The notes beneath the pieces were generated by a model. It was not told the DNA's origin. It made no database searches and saw only the letters and a list, made by a program, of their open reading frames with translations. A DNA stretch of 64,000 bases from Girardia tigrina (Eukaryota), in assembly GCA_001938485.1 (NCBI GenBank), contig MQRK01235862.1, forward strand, positions 31,070 to 95,069, given 5' to 3'. Numbering within the stretch: the first letter of the stretch is position 1; each line of letters starts with the position of its first letter. Of this stretch, positions 27,101 through 41,035 are shown piece after piece. Made by a program: the position numbers and the translations under genes.

Positions 27101-27601
27101 TATATTTTTTTAAACTGTTATGTATGGCTGAAGTGAGAGGTTTTTATGTATGTTAGATCCAAGGTTCTATAACTCAGTTTGTTTGACATTACGATTGTTG
27201 TCTTCTGTGTTTCTGCTTTGAACATAGAAGAAGATGAATGCTTGCAATTGTGGACCCACGGGTACTGCTCTGCTCTCCTGCTTCGCAAAGTTCCAGTGCT
27301 GATAATTAGGAGCCATTCTCTCTTTCTCTTCTTTGCCCTCCTTCACCGTCCACTCAGAAAATGTGCCGTAAAGCACAAAATTGTAACAAATCACTGTGTT
27401 TACAATAAACATTTTGCAAAAAAATAATTAATAAAGATTATTGAATATATTTACAATTTCTGTGAGTGGAATATTTGTTTTAGAATTGTATCTCTCTTGA
27501 TGCTGACAATTAATTGCTAAGTTCGATAATTTGGTTATGTAGACGTAAAATAATATTTTGAATACTTTTTGTCTAGTCTAGGTTCCTACTCTTTGAACGT
27601 A

Positions 27602-28161
27602 CAATTAAATATAAATAAAAGAATAAAAGTGATTTATATATGATACTGTAAATTGTCCTTTGATTCTAATTTTGTATAATATTTGTATATTTTCTATAAC
27701 TTTCTAATTGTGTATATGTATTTTTTTAATATTGTGTAATAAAGAAATTAATTTATATCGTCGAATTCTTACTTTTCGTACTTTTTTTAATTTGTTTTGA
27801 AAATAAAAATATTTAAAAACAAGTTAAAAAAAATTTAATTTAAAATCATGAAGTGTTTGGGATGTTTTTAAATATTTTTATTTTCAAAACAATTTTAAAA
27901 AAATCATGAAGTGTTTTGGATGTTTTTAAATATTTTTATTTTCAAAACAATTTAGAAAAATCATGAAGTGTTTTGGATGCTTTTAAATATTTTTATTTTC
28001 AAAACAATTTAAAAAAAGTACGAAAAGTACAATATTAAAAAAATACATATACACAATTAGAAAGTTATAGAAAATTTACAAATATTATACAAAATTAGAA
28101 TCAAAGAACAATTTACAGTATCATATATAAATCATTTTTATTCTTTTATTTATATATAATT
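27602..28161. mobile_element. Foldback/MITE-like element
   Basis: ~135-bp inverted arms (27602-27735 / 28029-28161), an inner inverted segment, and three ~57-bp tandem units (ATCATGAAGTGTTTTGGATG...). Confidence 0.75.
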
Positions 28162-28207
28162 GGGAAATTAAAATAAATGCAAATTATTTTTGATCAAGAA
28201 AATAATG

Positions 28208-29658
28208 TATTAAGAACATTAATTGGACTTTAATACATTTATTGATATCAAAATTTGAATTTTTACTAGGACAATTATCCACAAAACTTGCGTAACTAGT
28301 CACTGTTCTTGATTGATAAATTTTCGATCGTTTCTAAACGTCTATTTATCCAAACAAATATAAATAACAATTGTAAAGATATACGAATTTAAAAATTTTT
28401 GAATATGTGAAAAATAAAAATATCTACAATATTTAAAATCAGAATTTTATTGAGAATCATTTTTTACAATTAAAAAAAACATTTTCTAAATAATATTAAA
28501 ATTGAAATTTTTATGATTTTTATACTGTTATATATTTTCTAAGTAATTTTGAAGTTGAATTTTTTTTAAAAAAATTAATTGTTTCCTAATTCAAGAAATT
28601 AAATAATTTAATCGAAAATTAAAAAAACAAATAAGATTCAAATCAATAAGTTTCAATAAGGTTTTGATAAAAATATAAAAGATTTTAATTTTATGTTACA
28701 ATAGGTTTTTTGAAAAATAAGAATTTAATACTAAAATTAATAAGTATAAATAATGTTTTAATAAAAAAATATCTACATAAATTTTATGGTAATTATAAAA
28801 TAATATTTGTTTATATTTATTTATTTCTGATTCGTACAAAATAAGAAAAAAATTTCCTCAAAAATTTGTTTTAAAAATTGTTATTGTTAGAGAAATAATA
28901 TTATTAGAGAATATTTAGTGTGTTGATGTTTTTGTGTAGTGCTTGCATGTTTAAATGTTGTGTGTTAATTTGGGATTGTGTCTCTCCCAATCAGACGAAT
29001 GATTAATATTTTAATTCTTATAATCTGAAACTAATTTCTTATAATCTGAAAATAATTCAAATATAGATTTAATATTCAAATTTTTAATTATTATTATTGT
29101 AAATTTTAAATAATTTTATTGATTTTATTTTTGTAAATATTTAAATAATTAAAATCAAATTAATGTTTTAAAATGATTATAAAAAGTTATTTTATTTTAG
29201 CGAATAAAATTTAAATTATATATTTTAAATAAAATAGTTTTCTTCAAGTTAGTTCAGATTGGATTGAGGAGTATTAAACATTGAGTGATGGATTTAAGTA
29301 AAAGCAATACTATTGATCGTCATAGAGATGATCAAAAATGTGAATAAAATAAATGTTCTGTCAAATGTGTGAGTTCTATTAACATATACATTTACGTGTT
29401 ATGACTTTAATTGATGATTTCGAACCTAATAACAATTTAATTTACAATTTCGATTACAAAATAATTTTAATTATTTTAAAAAATAGTTGAAATAAATTAT
29501 TTTTGATATATTAATTTAATTTTAAAGTTTTTACCTTTTTAAATTATCCAAATAATTCAACTTTTAAAAACATTTAAAATGTCAATCTTCCATCTGGGTG
29601 GCAGAAACACAATCCTAAGACAACACACAATAAACATCATTCAAAAGTATTCCTCACT
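28208..29658 (-). repeat. TG...TA-family solo LTR carrying nested LTR insertions (including 28903-29386, plus strand)
   Basis: Both ends match 39616-40034. Near-TSD TAATG/GAATG. The inner segment matches 41036-42290 in inverse orientation. Confidence 0.65.
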
Positions 29659-30880
29659 GAATGAAAGCAAAAAAAGTTATAAATTAAGGATTCCTTCATT
29701 GTTGCTTTTGCGATAGTTTCTAAATAAATAGAAAACAAAGATAAACTATTCATTTGTTTACACAAATTATATTGAAATTTTATATTCATTTTTGATAATG
29801 TTAAACGTTTTTAAAAATATTTATGTCAAATATATTTTACAGCGGCAAAATTAATATAACCAAATTTTTTTATATATTTTTTAAATTTTTTTTAATACAT
29901 AACACTAAAAGACGAAAATATTTATTGAAAATACCAAAATTGTATGAACATCAAAATCGTAAAGGAAATGAAAACATCACACAATTAAACAAGTATGAAT
30001 ATATTTTATCTAGAAAGATTAAACATAGAATAATAAATAGCATCACATCAGTGTTGTTCATTAAAGAATAAGTATTTGTTGCACATTTTATTAATCAAAT
30101 AACATAACAAGTATTTATTAATAAATATAAAAATATATTAAATTAAATAGAATCATTATCGTCGCTTACCTATGTATATTACTTACCAGTTTTATACGAT
30201 TTAAAACTATAAAAAATTCAATGTTCTAATATGTTTTATCTCTTCCATTATTTTGTAAACATTGACATTATTTAGATTTAAAATAAGATGATTCCAAAAT
30301 TTAGAGGTAGAAGTCGGAAACTGTTCCAAAAGTCCCCACAAACAATGATGAAATAAAAAACGCCAGATTTGGTAAATATTTGGAACTTAGTTATGCAAGA
30401 AAGAAGCCAGATCACCAAATATACAAAATGAGATAGAGCCATTTTAATAAGATAGAACCACCAGTCAGTCCAAAAACAAGCATTTTACAAGCTTTTTTTC
30501 TGACAACTTAAAAAATACATATTTGTGGACTGGCTTCTTCCTGTATAACTGCGCTCATCAATTTCAATAAAATAAGGAACTTTTGTTGTTGAGAAAACAA
30601 CTAGGAATTGGTAGCTCATTATTCTGATTCAAAATTATCGCTCTTTTTTCTGCTTTTATAAACAAAATTATTTTTCTGCTTTGAGAGGTTAATTTAAATT
30701 TTAATTTCGCCAAAATAGTTAATTGTTTTTTAATTTGTAAGTTTAAAATTAAAAGTGATTTAATAAAAATCATAAAAAATCATAAAAAATTAAATAAAAT
30801 TTAAAAATAATTTAATAAAAGTTTTGAAATAATTTTAAATAAATTTTAAAATCGATAATAAACGGATTAAACTTTATAAT

Positions 30881-31411
30881 TATTAAGAACGCCAACATGG
30901 CTTTTCGAACTTTTATTTCCAATACAATTAGAATGGTCTTTTCGACAACTCTCAGCAAAGCTTTCGTAATTCGACATCGTTCTAAATTGATGAATTTTAG
31001 TTAATGTTTTTTCGAATAAATTTATTCAAACAAATTTTTCATTATTTTCAGATTTTATTTTTAAAGTTCTAATTTGGGAATTTTAGTAATAATTCTATCT
31101 ACGTATTAATTTTATTTAAAAGATGATTTTATGTAAAGAAAAAACATTTATTTAATTTGAAACTAAGTTAAAAGTTATTTACTTTATTTAAATTTTTAAT
31201 ATGAAAATTTGAGACGATTTAATATTTTAAGTTTTTTCAATATCTTATACTGTACTTTAAAATGCAAATTATACTCGAATAATTATTCATCGTGAACATC
31301 TAAAATATCAATTTTCCATCTGGGTGGGAGAAACACATTTTCAAATACTAAACTCAACATACAAAATTCACATAACAATTACAACATACCAAATTTAAAA
31401 TATTCCTCACA
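30881..31411 (-). repeat. Solo LTR with TG...TA termini
   Basis: TGTGAGGAATA...GTTCTTAATA on the minus strand, with a perfect 5-bp TSD ATAAT. Confidence 0.85.
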
Positions 31412-31449
31412 ATAATATTTTAAGAAATAATTTTTTTAAATAAAAGGCT

Positions 31450-31719
31450 TGTAGTAAATTTCAATTAACTAGTTTAATGAAAAAAAATATAAAATTTTTA
31501 GTTTTAATTTAAAAATTATTTTATTAATTTAAAATTTTAAAAATTGAATTGGAAGAAAAATTTAATGGATTAAATTTTGGCGAAATAATTGAATTAACAA
31601 GAAAATTGTTTAAATATGTGAATTATTGTCATTAATAAAAGTTTTGGTGTTGAGTTATGACTCATAACTTATAAGCATTGAATCTGTTAATAATGAAAGT
31701 GGCATAAACGCTATTTCCA
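31450..31719 (+). repeat. Short/deleted solo LTR of the 1-300 family
   Basis: TGTAGTA start, 'GAAAGTGGCATAAACGCTATTTCCA' end. Confidence 0.6.
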
Positions 31720-34401
31720 GTCTTTATAATAATTTCTATTCTACTTATGATTTTAATTCATTTGTTTTGAAATTAAATCAGAATTTGATTTTTTAAATTT
31801 AATACTTTTTTTGCGCCAGTCAAATTTTGCAATCCGCGCATTTTTTGAAACAGGATGTGAAGAATATTTTAATTTTTTTGAATGTTGAGGATGTATGTTG
31901 ATGTACATCACGTTAAGATATTTTGAGGTGGATTCGTGAATTACAGTTTGAAATATCGAAGGTTTTTATAATTAGAATTTACTGTAAAATTTAAAAGTTT
32001 TATGCAACGAATTCGGAAACAGATAATTTTTTTAAAAATATATGGTTTACAAATGAATTTGTTAATGTTCTTAACAAACTTGACTGAAAGAATCAATGTC
32101 AAATCCAAGTTACCTGACTATGTCAATGTAAAAAGTGAATGAATATTTACGATAAAGGTTGGCCAATTAGAATTACAAACTGGACGGACCCGAAATTGCC
32201 AGAATCTCATCGAATCAATCAAATCATCAACACAGATCTATCTGAATCTGTAGATAAAATGAACGGCTTCTAGAATATATAGATATTTTTATAGATAATT
32301 TGGGAAGTGAGTAAACCATAGTTTGATAAACTTTTATAAAAAATGTCTCCAAATTAAATATTAGAATTTTTCCAATACGAGGATGATACCTTGATAAAAC
32401 TAGGCTGGAAGATTACCTTCAACAAGCCTTAATAATTATCTAATCTAAAAATACTAATCTTAAAATTTGAAAATGGTATACTGAGTCTTCGTGTTTAGAA
32501 TAAATATTGCAGTATCTATCCTTCTTATTTTTATTGGGTACCCTGGTTCCATAATTGAAAAATAATTTTGAGTGAAGTTTAATTTCGATGGAAAACTATA
32601 TGTCGCTAATATAATAAATAACTATTTTCTATTCTCTAATTAATTTCGGTAAAAAACCATTTATGAAATTTTCTTTAAAAAAATAAAAATTATTTTTGAA
32701 TTGTGGACAAAAACAGTTTCTAATTTCTAAATATCATTTATAGTATTTAATGAGCATTATTGCTTAAACTTAAAGGAATTTTTAAAAGAATTATTGAATT
32801 GCATATTAATACAAAAATTAAAACAAATCTTTTTAATAAAAATTCAATTTTTAAATGTCATTTTTATTGGGTAAAGACAAAGTAAAGGATACATTGTCGG
32901 CCATGGCGATTTCCGAGTAGATGCACATCGGATAGCCACGAGAAATCGATTAGGTTCCATGTCTTTTATGTCCAGTGCATTATACTGGGACAGAACGGGA
33001 AGAGAAATGATCAACTGTACTAAAAAAATACTATCAAATGATGGCGTTTGATAAACAAACTGCAGGCCGCTATTTTGCCTACTCGACACACTATTGGTGG
33101 ATCCACCGATAATATTAGAATTAGTCGATAATTAGAATTAATCGATAAGCTGTTGACGAGATTGAATGATATCGATTTTACCTCGACAACAAATGACAAA
33201 TGAAAATGATTTGACATTTTTTATTCTCAATTATTATCACACGAGCATCAAGTTTTTTAAAAAACTAAAACACATTTCTTAATTATACAAACACGATTTT
33301 TTTACAATAAAAATTTTCAAATACAAGCAAACCAAAATACCAAAGATATTCCAGAAACTCAAAGTCGTTTAGCAGCGAAACCTCAAAATATCGTGAGGGT
33401 GATGGAAGAAATGATCTGTTAGGATCACAGACTTATGTGCAAGAAGAAAGTTCAGATATCCCTTTCATAGCTGTATAAAATCCACAAATATATTCAAAAG
33501 CATACAAAACCATGGAAATATAATCCATGAGTAGACATTTCTTAAAGAAAGCCGAAAAAGTCTCGGAGACCGAAGCAATCCGACCCCATATCGGGCTTAT
33601 CGGTGGACTCCTAGGTACTCTCTAGTTTGAATGGACACTTTAAAAAGATGGGAGGTCCACGATAAGGAAGGAATAAGTTTTAAAACATAATTCGCTGTAT
33701 CATTATAGTATGAAATTAAAATAATCATTTTCTTAATATCAGTTAAATTACATAATTATGAACTTTTTACTTCCTCTAAAATACGGTGTAAAAGAAAGGG
33801 GTCTTTACCTTTTAAACCGCCACATATCTAGGGATTTAATGCATCCTAAAAGCCAAATGATTTTTAAAGAGATTAGAAAATAAAATCGAGAAATTTTACA
33901 AACAAGTTTCTTAGCAACACTTATTACAATAAAGATAAAATCATCAAAAGTTGGTTTCGGCACTCTGACAAAAACTACCGCGAACCGGTTATCGCCGGTT
34001 TCAGTGGTTTAAAGCTTAAGAGGTACACAATTCAATTGTTTGCTACATCGAAAACATAAAATCAATTTTAATTATTGTAAAGGAGCTAACTGAAAACGTG
34101 TTTCAGTGAACTTCTTTACAATAAAAAACAGATAAATCTCGATTTCGATTTGTGTTTGTTGTTCAAAGGTTTCAAGGAATGATCTTCTGTTGTAATAATA
34201 TCGATGGAAACGTCAGAGAATCATTTGGTTGCACGACGAGATTTTGAGATAATACATCACATGAAGAGGAGCACTTTCAGGGGGAATATTGATAAATTGG
34301 TTTGCAGAAAATTACTTTACAAAGCGATTTTACAAGAAAACGCCCTGTTGGAAATATAGTATAATTGTAAACAGTAATATTAATGATTGTTTTTATCGAT
34401 T

Positions 34402-34442
<41 letters not shown>

Positions 34443-34629
34443 ATGTAATAATTGACTGGATCACTACAAATATAAATAATAATATTTATCAACAATTATC
34501 AATGCGGAGAGACCTTGTATATTGCCAATTTTAGATTCTGAAAAATGTTTGCAGTATACAGATGACGACTAAAAATATGAATATTTAAAGCAGTATAATA
34601 TACTGTTTAATTACGATTTTAGTTATTTG

Positions 34630-34682
<53 letters not shown>

Positions 34683-34695
34683 TATATTTAAATAA

Positions 34696-35336
34696 TTACT
34701 CACTCAACATGCAAATAAATTGTTGGTTTCCATCACATTTGAAATCATTGAAGTTATTATATTTCAAATAAGTGTTGCAAGCTTCGTTACCATCAATCGC
34801 CCATTGAGCATCTGGGTAATAGTTCGAAACATTTTGCGTCCAGTAAACACTATATGGATGTTTAGGGTAACTCGAGGAAACCTTTTTCGTAATATCGATG
34901 GTCATATTAAGCCACACTCTGCTTCTACAAAGAACATTAACTTTATTTTATTAAATACAAAACCTTTGATTATAAATAGAACTCGTCAAAATTAAATATA
35001 AAAATCACTGGATACGAATTATTTCAAAATAAATAAAACAATCTTAAAGTACCACTTTTCCTTTTACTAGTCGCAATATAATTTGATAATATTTATACTC
35101 GAAAAAAAAATCTGAGAAAGTAAATAGTCATAAAATATTTCTTACATATTTGTTGTATTCAAAAAAGCCCTAAACGATTGATACTCCTCCTCGTTGAAAA
35201 ACATCGGCAACTCCATCCCGATAGACAGACACATGCTCGAGGCATTTTGGAATGGAACACTTTGGTTTGAGATGTTCACAAAGGTTACCGAACAATGAAT
35301 CTCTTTACATAGAAGCAACAAAAATAACAAAATCAT
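34696..35336 (-). CDS. Secreted C-type lectin-domain protein, 2 exons (35336-35146, 34924-34696), ~139 aa
   Basis: Signal peptide MILLFLLLLCKEIHC, 'FQNASSMCLSIGMELP', 'VWLN', 'C...FNDFKC....FIC'. A GTAAG...TTTGTAG phase-2 intron joins the exons in frame. Confidence 0.85.
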
Positions 35337-36541
35337 TTCTAAACTTTAAAATGATATTTTGTTAATTGTAGTTTTTATCAAATTTATTATAAATTATTAA
35401 ATAAAATGAATCTATTTTGATATTATATTCATTGGGTATTTGTTATTAACAAATGGGTTTCCTTTCCATTAGTGAACACAAAAGAACTTATAAATTATAG
35501 ATAATGATGTTATTGTCGATGTATTATTTTTACTAAAATATAAACTAATATAAATAAAACTTATATGGCCACAGAAGGCTTGATTGACATTCGATATTCT
35601 TTCAAAGTTAAAATTTTAATTGAAAAAGTTGTTCATAATTTTATTATTTTATATTTTATTTACTACTTAAAATATTATTTAAATAAAAAAATATAAATTC
35701 TTTGCTATAATTAAAATCGGAGTTCAACACATTTTTTATTCTTTGCTTTGACTTTGTTTATGATACTTTGATTATATTATGTAGAACAAGTATATCAAAA
35801 ATGTGACCCTTTAGAGACATGGCTGCGACCCGCACAAAGGTTTCCACCTCTGAAGCACCCACAATTACCTACAATATCTATATTCCCTCTATGACATAGA
35901 ATCATGGCCAATCACATAACAAGTTTATTAAATTTTATAAATTTGTAAACAGATAAATGTATTCAAAAAATAAAAGTATCTTTGAATATAAATATTGTAT
36001 TTGTAGCCACTCCACAGCAGAAAACCCAAAGTGCCTGTTTAAATTTTTGTGAGCTCGTAATTTTTTTAATTTTAAAAGCATGAAGCTTAAAACATTTAAA
36101 AGATATTTCATTAATAATTTCATAATTGTAAATATTTAAATTTTTTTCTATAAAAAATTTCATTTACGACTGGTTTGTGCAAAATAAGAAAACATCGTTT
36201 CTCAGAAAATTTGTTTAAAAAATAGTTAATTGCTATGGAAATAAATTTTAGTCTTATGAACTCTCTTATTGATCACGAACCTAAAAGTGGTATTTATCGA
36301 ATATATGCAAATTTCAAAATGCGAATATAGAACAAAATTTAATATAGAAACAATTAATCAATTTGAATCAATTTCAAAAGCATTTGAGTACGTTTAAATT
36401 TACTTGTTTCTCAATTACATTTTCCAAAATAAAATTAAAATCACATTTTTCATTTAAGTCGATTTAATGGTTTTACAATTATTTTTTTTAATTTCAATTA
36501 CCATTTCCAAAAATAAAATTATAATTACATTTTCCAAAATA

Positions 36542-36989
36542 ACGGATAACATGAAATAGTAGGACACCTACTATTTTAATAGTAGGTGGAAAAAAAATTG
36601 AAAAGCCGCCCAATATTGGTTTACACCTACTATTTGGTGCTTTTGTTTTGAACTTNNNNNNNNNNNNNNNNNNNNNNNNNNNNNNNNNNNNNNNNNNNNN
36701 NNNNNNNNNNNNNNGAAAAATAAATAAGAATTAAACTGGAAAAATAAGAATTTATTCATCATAGATAATAAAAGCATCATCAGTTAATATTTCTTCACTA
36801 TCACTGTGATCAGTTTCTTTTTGGGATTCCGACATATACTTTTTTACAAAACGTTCACCATACACATCATTTAAAAACGATACACCTACAATTTGATTCC
36901 ACCTACTATTTTAATAGTAGGTGGAAAATTTTTTGAAAACTTCATTACACCTACTATTTCATGTCCACCTACTATTTGATGTTATCCGT
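36542..36989. mobile_element. Tc1/mariner-type non-autonomous element (MITE)
   Basis: TIR ACGGATAACAT(G/C)AAATAGTAGG and TA TSD. It interrupts a local tandem repeat at TTTCCAAAA-TA-AAATT. Confidence 0.8.
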
Positions 36990-37739
36990 TAAAATTAAAA
37001 TCGTATTTTTCAATTAAGTCGATTTATTTGTTTTACGATTATTATTTTTTTTAATTCCTATTACCATTTCCAAAAATAAAATTATAATTACATTTTTAAT
37101 CTACTTTGATTTAAAAGTTACGAAAATAGTTTAGTTTACTTTTATTTCGCAAATAAATATCAAACTTTTTATTTTATTTCAATTAAATATTTTCATTAAA
37201 TTTGAAATTAACTTTTTTATAGTTTATAATAAATATTTACATAAATCTTTTAATAACCCTACCGTAAAATTTATTTTATTTCTTACTTAAATTAATTTTT
37301 TACATTAAATTTCTGAAAATCTTATTTTAACATATTTATAACAATATTTTACGGAATGTAATTGTTTATTTAATAATTTGATGAGATTCAAAAATTTTAT
37401 ATTTTATGAACGCTCCCGACAGTGGGGAAAATGGTTATTTGTGTAAGCGCATTAATTAATTTCTGCGATAAAAATTATGCTAATATTAACAATTATTATT
37501 GTAAAAAAATATTTAGTTTTGTTTGTATACTCAATCAAAATTTTTTTATATAGAAATTATAAAAATGACTCATAATAAACAGGATAATAAAATTGCTAAT
37601 GCGATTTCTGCAATGGGAAAAAGAAAATTGATCGATGAAAAACGAGTATTTAACTAGAAATGGGAATATTTTTTTATAATATTTTTTCATAATAATAGAC
37701 GGGAAGATACATTGTCTTATTTGCAACAGTTGCATCGCC

Positions 37740-38470
37740 TAGCCAAAAGAGTAAAACTTGAAGACATAATGAAACGAACCACAGAGTTTGAGTTAAATTC
37801 AAAAAGGTTCTGTCGCTTCCGTTACTGTAGGCTATGAAGTCAGCCAAATGATCGCCATGAACGGATTTTATGGTGAAGAGGATTTTATAAAGCAAGATTT
37901 GTAAAAACAGCTGAAATTGTATGTCCAGAGAAAGCGCATTTATTCAATGACATTTCACTAAACAGGAACAATATTGCAGATTGGATTGATGAAATGTCAG
38001 TTGATGTGAAACAACAATTAAAGGCTGCATCATCAAGATTAGAACATTTTCTCTTGCTATTGATGAGTTAATTGACGTGAGTGGAATAGCACATTTTTAA
38101 AGCTTCTTTAATGCCTATGATAGTGGGTTTTAAATTTATGAAGAACTGTTTGATTTGGTACCCATTCATGACACTACGACAAGTAAAAATATATTTGAGA
38201 AACTCAATCATGTTCTGTGTGAATATGGCTTTGATTTGTGTAAGCTTGTATGTTTATCTACAAAAGGTTCTGCAAATATGGTTGAAAGATGAATGATTAA
38301 AACACGGATGAAATAAGAGAAAAGATGGGTTCCGATTCCTGGCTTTTGTTGGGGATATAACTGAACATTTAATTGATCTTAATCTGAAATTACAGGGTAA
38401 AACAAACTAATCCCTCCTCTGTGTGACGATATCAAATGTTTCATTGGAAAACTAAACTTATGGAAGTTGT
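37740..38470 (+). pseudogene. hAT transposase remnant (GTF2IRD2/SPIN-like)
   Basis: 'SLNRNNIADWIDEMSVDVKQQL', 'FSLAIDELIDVSGIA', 'LVPIHDTTTSKNIF', 'DITEHLIDLNLKLQGK'. Confidence 0.8.
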
Positions 38471-39129
38471 ATGTGATTGCGTTTGTAATGTAAATTGCAG
38501 GCCGCCATCTTGTCCGATCGAATCGACGTTTATCGACGGATCCGAGATATCTCAAATGTATGTCGGTTGTCACTCTATCGATACAATTAATCGTCACCGT
38601 GTCAGCGTTAATGAAAAAAGCATAAGAAGATAGAAATGATAGTTTTATTTTTAGTATATCACATTCAGACATCTCTGTTGTTTACCAGTCTTTTTTTAAA
38701 AGAATTCTTTCTTATATTATTAAAACAAATTCTTTAGATTATTTTTATTTATTTTTTTTCTAAATTGTTGAGAAAAGGAAATTTTATTTATGAGTTTTTT
38801 TATTGATGGTGGATAAAATTTGTTAACGGCAATATTTATTTGTTAATAAATTTGTGAATAATAGGAAAAAGAATTTAATTAGATGATGAGATTATTTATT
38901 TGTAATGAGATTACAAAAGAGTTGAATTGATTTGAAATGTTGCAATCTGAAGTAGGTGGTTTTGTTAAAAACTGGTCACTACAACCCTCCTTCGCGCCAA
39001 AAATATTGATCGTATATCACCGGCATTGCCCCCAGTGGTGGTCGTGGTGAGGAGAAGAGTACAAGAGAATTTAGATGAAGGTTAACAAGAAAAGACTGTA
39101 TTTCTAAAAAAGACAATTACTAAAATGTC

Positions 39130-40260
39130 ATTTGATAACTCTGAATCGTGAGTCACTTTTCCAAAAATGATGGCAAAGGTAATTGAAGAAATAAAGAGAA
39201 TCAACGTCTATGTGGATAGAGGTCTACATAAAAAATAAATATGCTACAAAGAATAGGACACAGAGAATCAAACAAATCGTTCTGCGATATGTGTCAAAAT
39301 TTAAAGTAGTAACTACGAAAATAAAGAATAATACTTGATAAATTATAAGAATCTGATATGTTCAATAGTTTTTATATCGTTATATTTGAGCTATTGAAAG
39401 ATACATTTTTAAAGAAGAAATATCTTTAGTATAATTGATTAATTCAGTAAATACATATCACTTACGCCTTTATCGAAATAGGACAAAACAACAGTTAAAA
39501 AACTTTTACTCAATTTCTTTATTCTACGTTTTGGATGTCCAATGAAAATTCATTTCTATCGTGGTAAGGTTTTCTATTCAAAAGTCATAGAAAACTTTGT
39601 GACTAGTTTAGAGACTATTAAGAACATTAATTGAGTTTTCTCTACATTTATTTGTATCACAATTTGAATTGCCACTACAACAATTCTCCGTAAAACTTAC
39701 AGAGCTCATCATCGTTCTTGATTGATAATCTTTAATAATATTTTTTAACGTCTTTTTATTCGAACAAATTTAAATTACACTTTAATTATTACAAAAATAA
39801 TTTATACTCTAAATTTAAAATGTTATTTATTTTAAGAAAATTATTATTAAAATATTATTTATGAAATATTAATTTAATTTTAAAATTGGTTGTTTAAGTT
39901 TTAATAATTGATTTAAAAATCTGACGTTTTCAAATATTTAAGATATCAATCTTCCATCTGGATGGGAGAAACACAATCCTAAAACAATATATCGTACAAC
40001 ACACAATAAATACCATTCAAAAATATTCCTCACACGAACAATGTAACTTTTTTCAAGTTCAAAATGATTAAAAACCTAACAGAGAGATAGAACGACGATT
40101 TCGAACTATGATGGACATGATGAACGTTGTAATAAAGAACAAAAGGGATTGAGCTGAAATTCTACGAGAAATTGAGGCCCGTTTGAATTCAACAAACAAA
40201 AAACACTCAAGAAGAGTCCATCAGAAGTTTTAATTTGTAAATCAATCTACAGAAAACAAA
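39130..40260 (+). pseudogene. Highly degenerate gypsy RT/integrase remnant interrupted by a solo LTR
   Basis: Patchy similarity to the integrases at 9830-10340 and 17936-18400 (e.g. 'IERRFRT', 'AEILREIE'). Confidence 0.55.
39616..40034 (-). repeat. Solo LTR, TG...TA family (same family as the 5' LTR at 9219)
   Basis: Close match to 9219-9522 and 56378-56460. Confidence 0.8.
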
Positions 40261-41035
40261 TACACCATCCGATCTACAGACTACTTCGAAAACCAAACGA
40301 TTTTAGCAGAGACATTGCTCTCGGCATTTAGTGCCGGATCCATTTTATTTTCGGCTCGTTAGCGTTAATCAAATTAAATAAAATTTTAAAGTCTTTTTTT
40401 TCAAAAATTCAAATTCGTTTCAAAAACATTCGTCAAAACGTAAAAAAAATATTCGTACAAATGAAAATACCAAATTTTGGTAAATTTCGATTAAAAAATT
40501 TCACAAAATTTCAGTAATGTAAAACGTCAAAAAATTTTAATCGAGAAACATAAAAACTGTCCTTTATATATTAAATCGTAAAAAAAGATTTAATAATCCC
40601 TTGTTCCTTTTTCTCTCCTTCAAAGTTTGCTCCGATTGGTCAACAAATCAGAGCGATCCATTGGATTCGAATTTACAATTTAATTGGTACACACCAGCAT
40701 ATGAGCTACCATTTTTACTGACTACAATATTAGTAATTATTGTTTATTTTAAAACGAACTAATTTCAATTATTTCAAATTATTATTTTTAAAAAAAAATA
40801 AATTATTGAATATACTATGTTAACTATTTTTATATTGATATATTGTTATTTATATATTAATATAAAGACACAAAAACGTTGCCACAAACAATTTAACAAG
40901 AAGGACAGTACCATTTTTACAGAAAAATGTGTCCAGTGGTAGAAAAGGTATTGGCCGAAGTGAAAGCAAGAAATAAAGGATAGGAACTATACGAAGAACC
41001 TTACCCTTTTTTGAACAAATATATGATTGAAGATA

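Noticed and set aside
27840-28020. CRISPR-like repeat array
   Set aside because: Tandem units have no unique spacers, the context is eukaryotic, and there are no cas genes.
31850-32570. Possible decayed DNA-transposon ORF
   Set aside because: Only vague resemblance and no continuous frame.
11240-34685. (TA)n microsatellites and YIYI-type ORFs
   Set aside because: Simple repeats common in AT-rich genomes and not coding.
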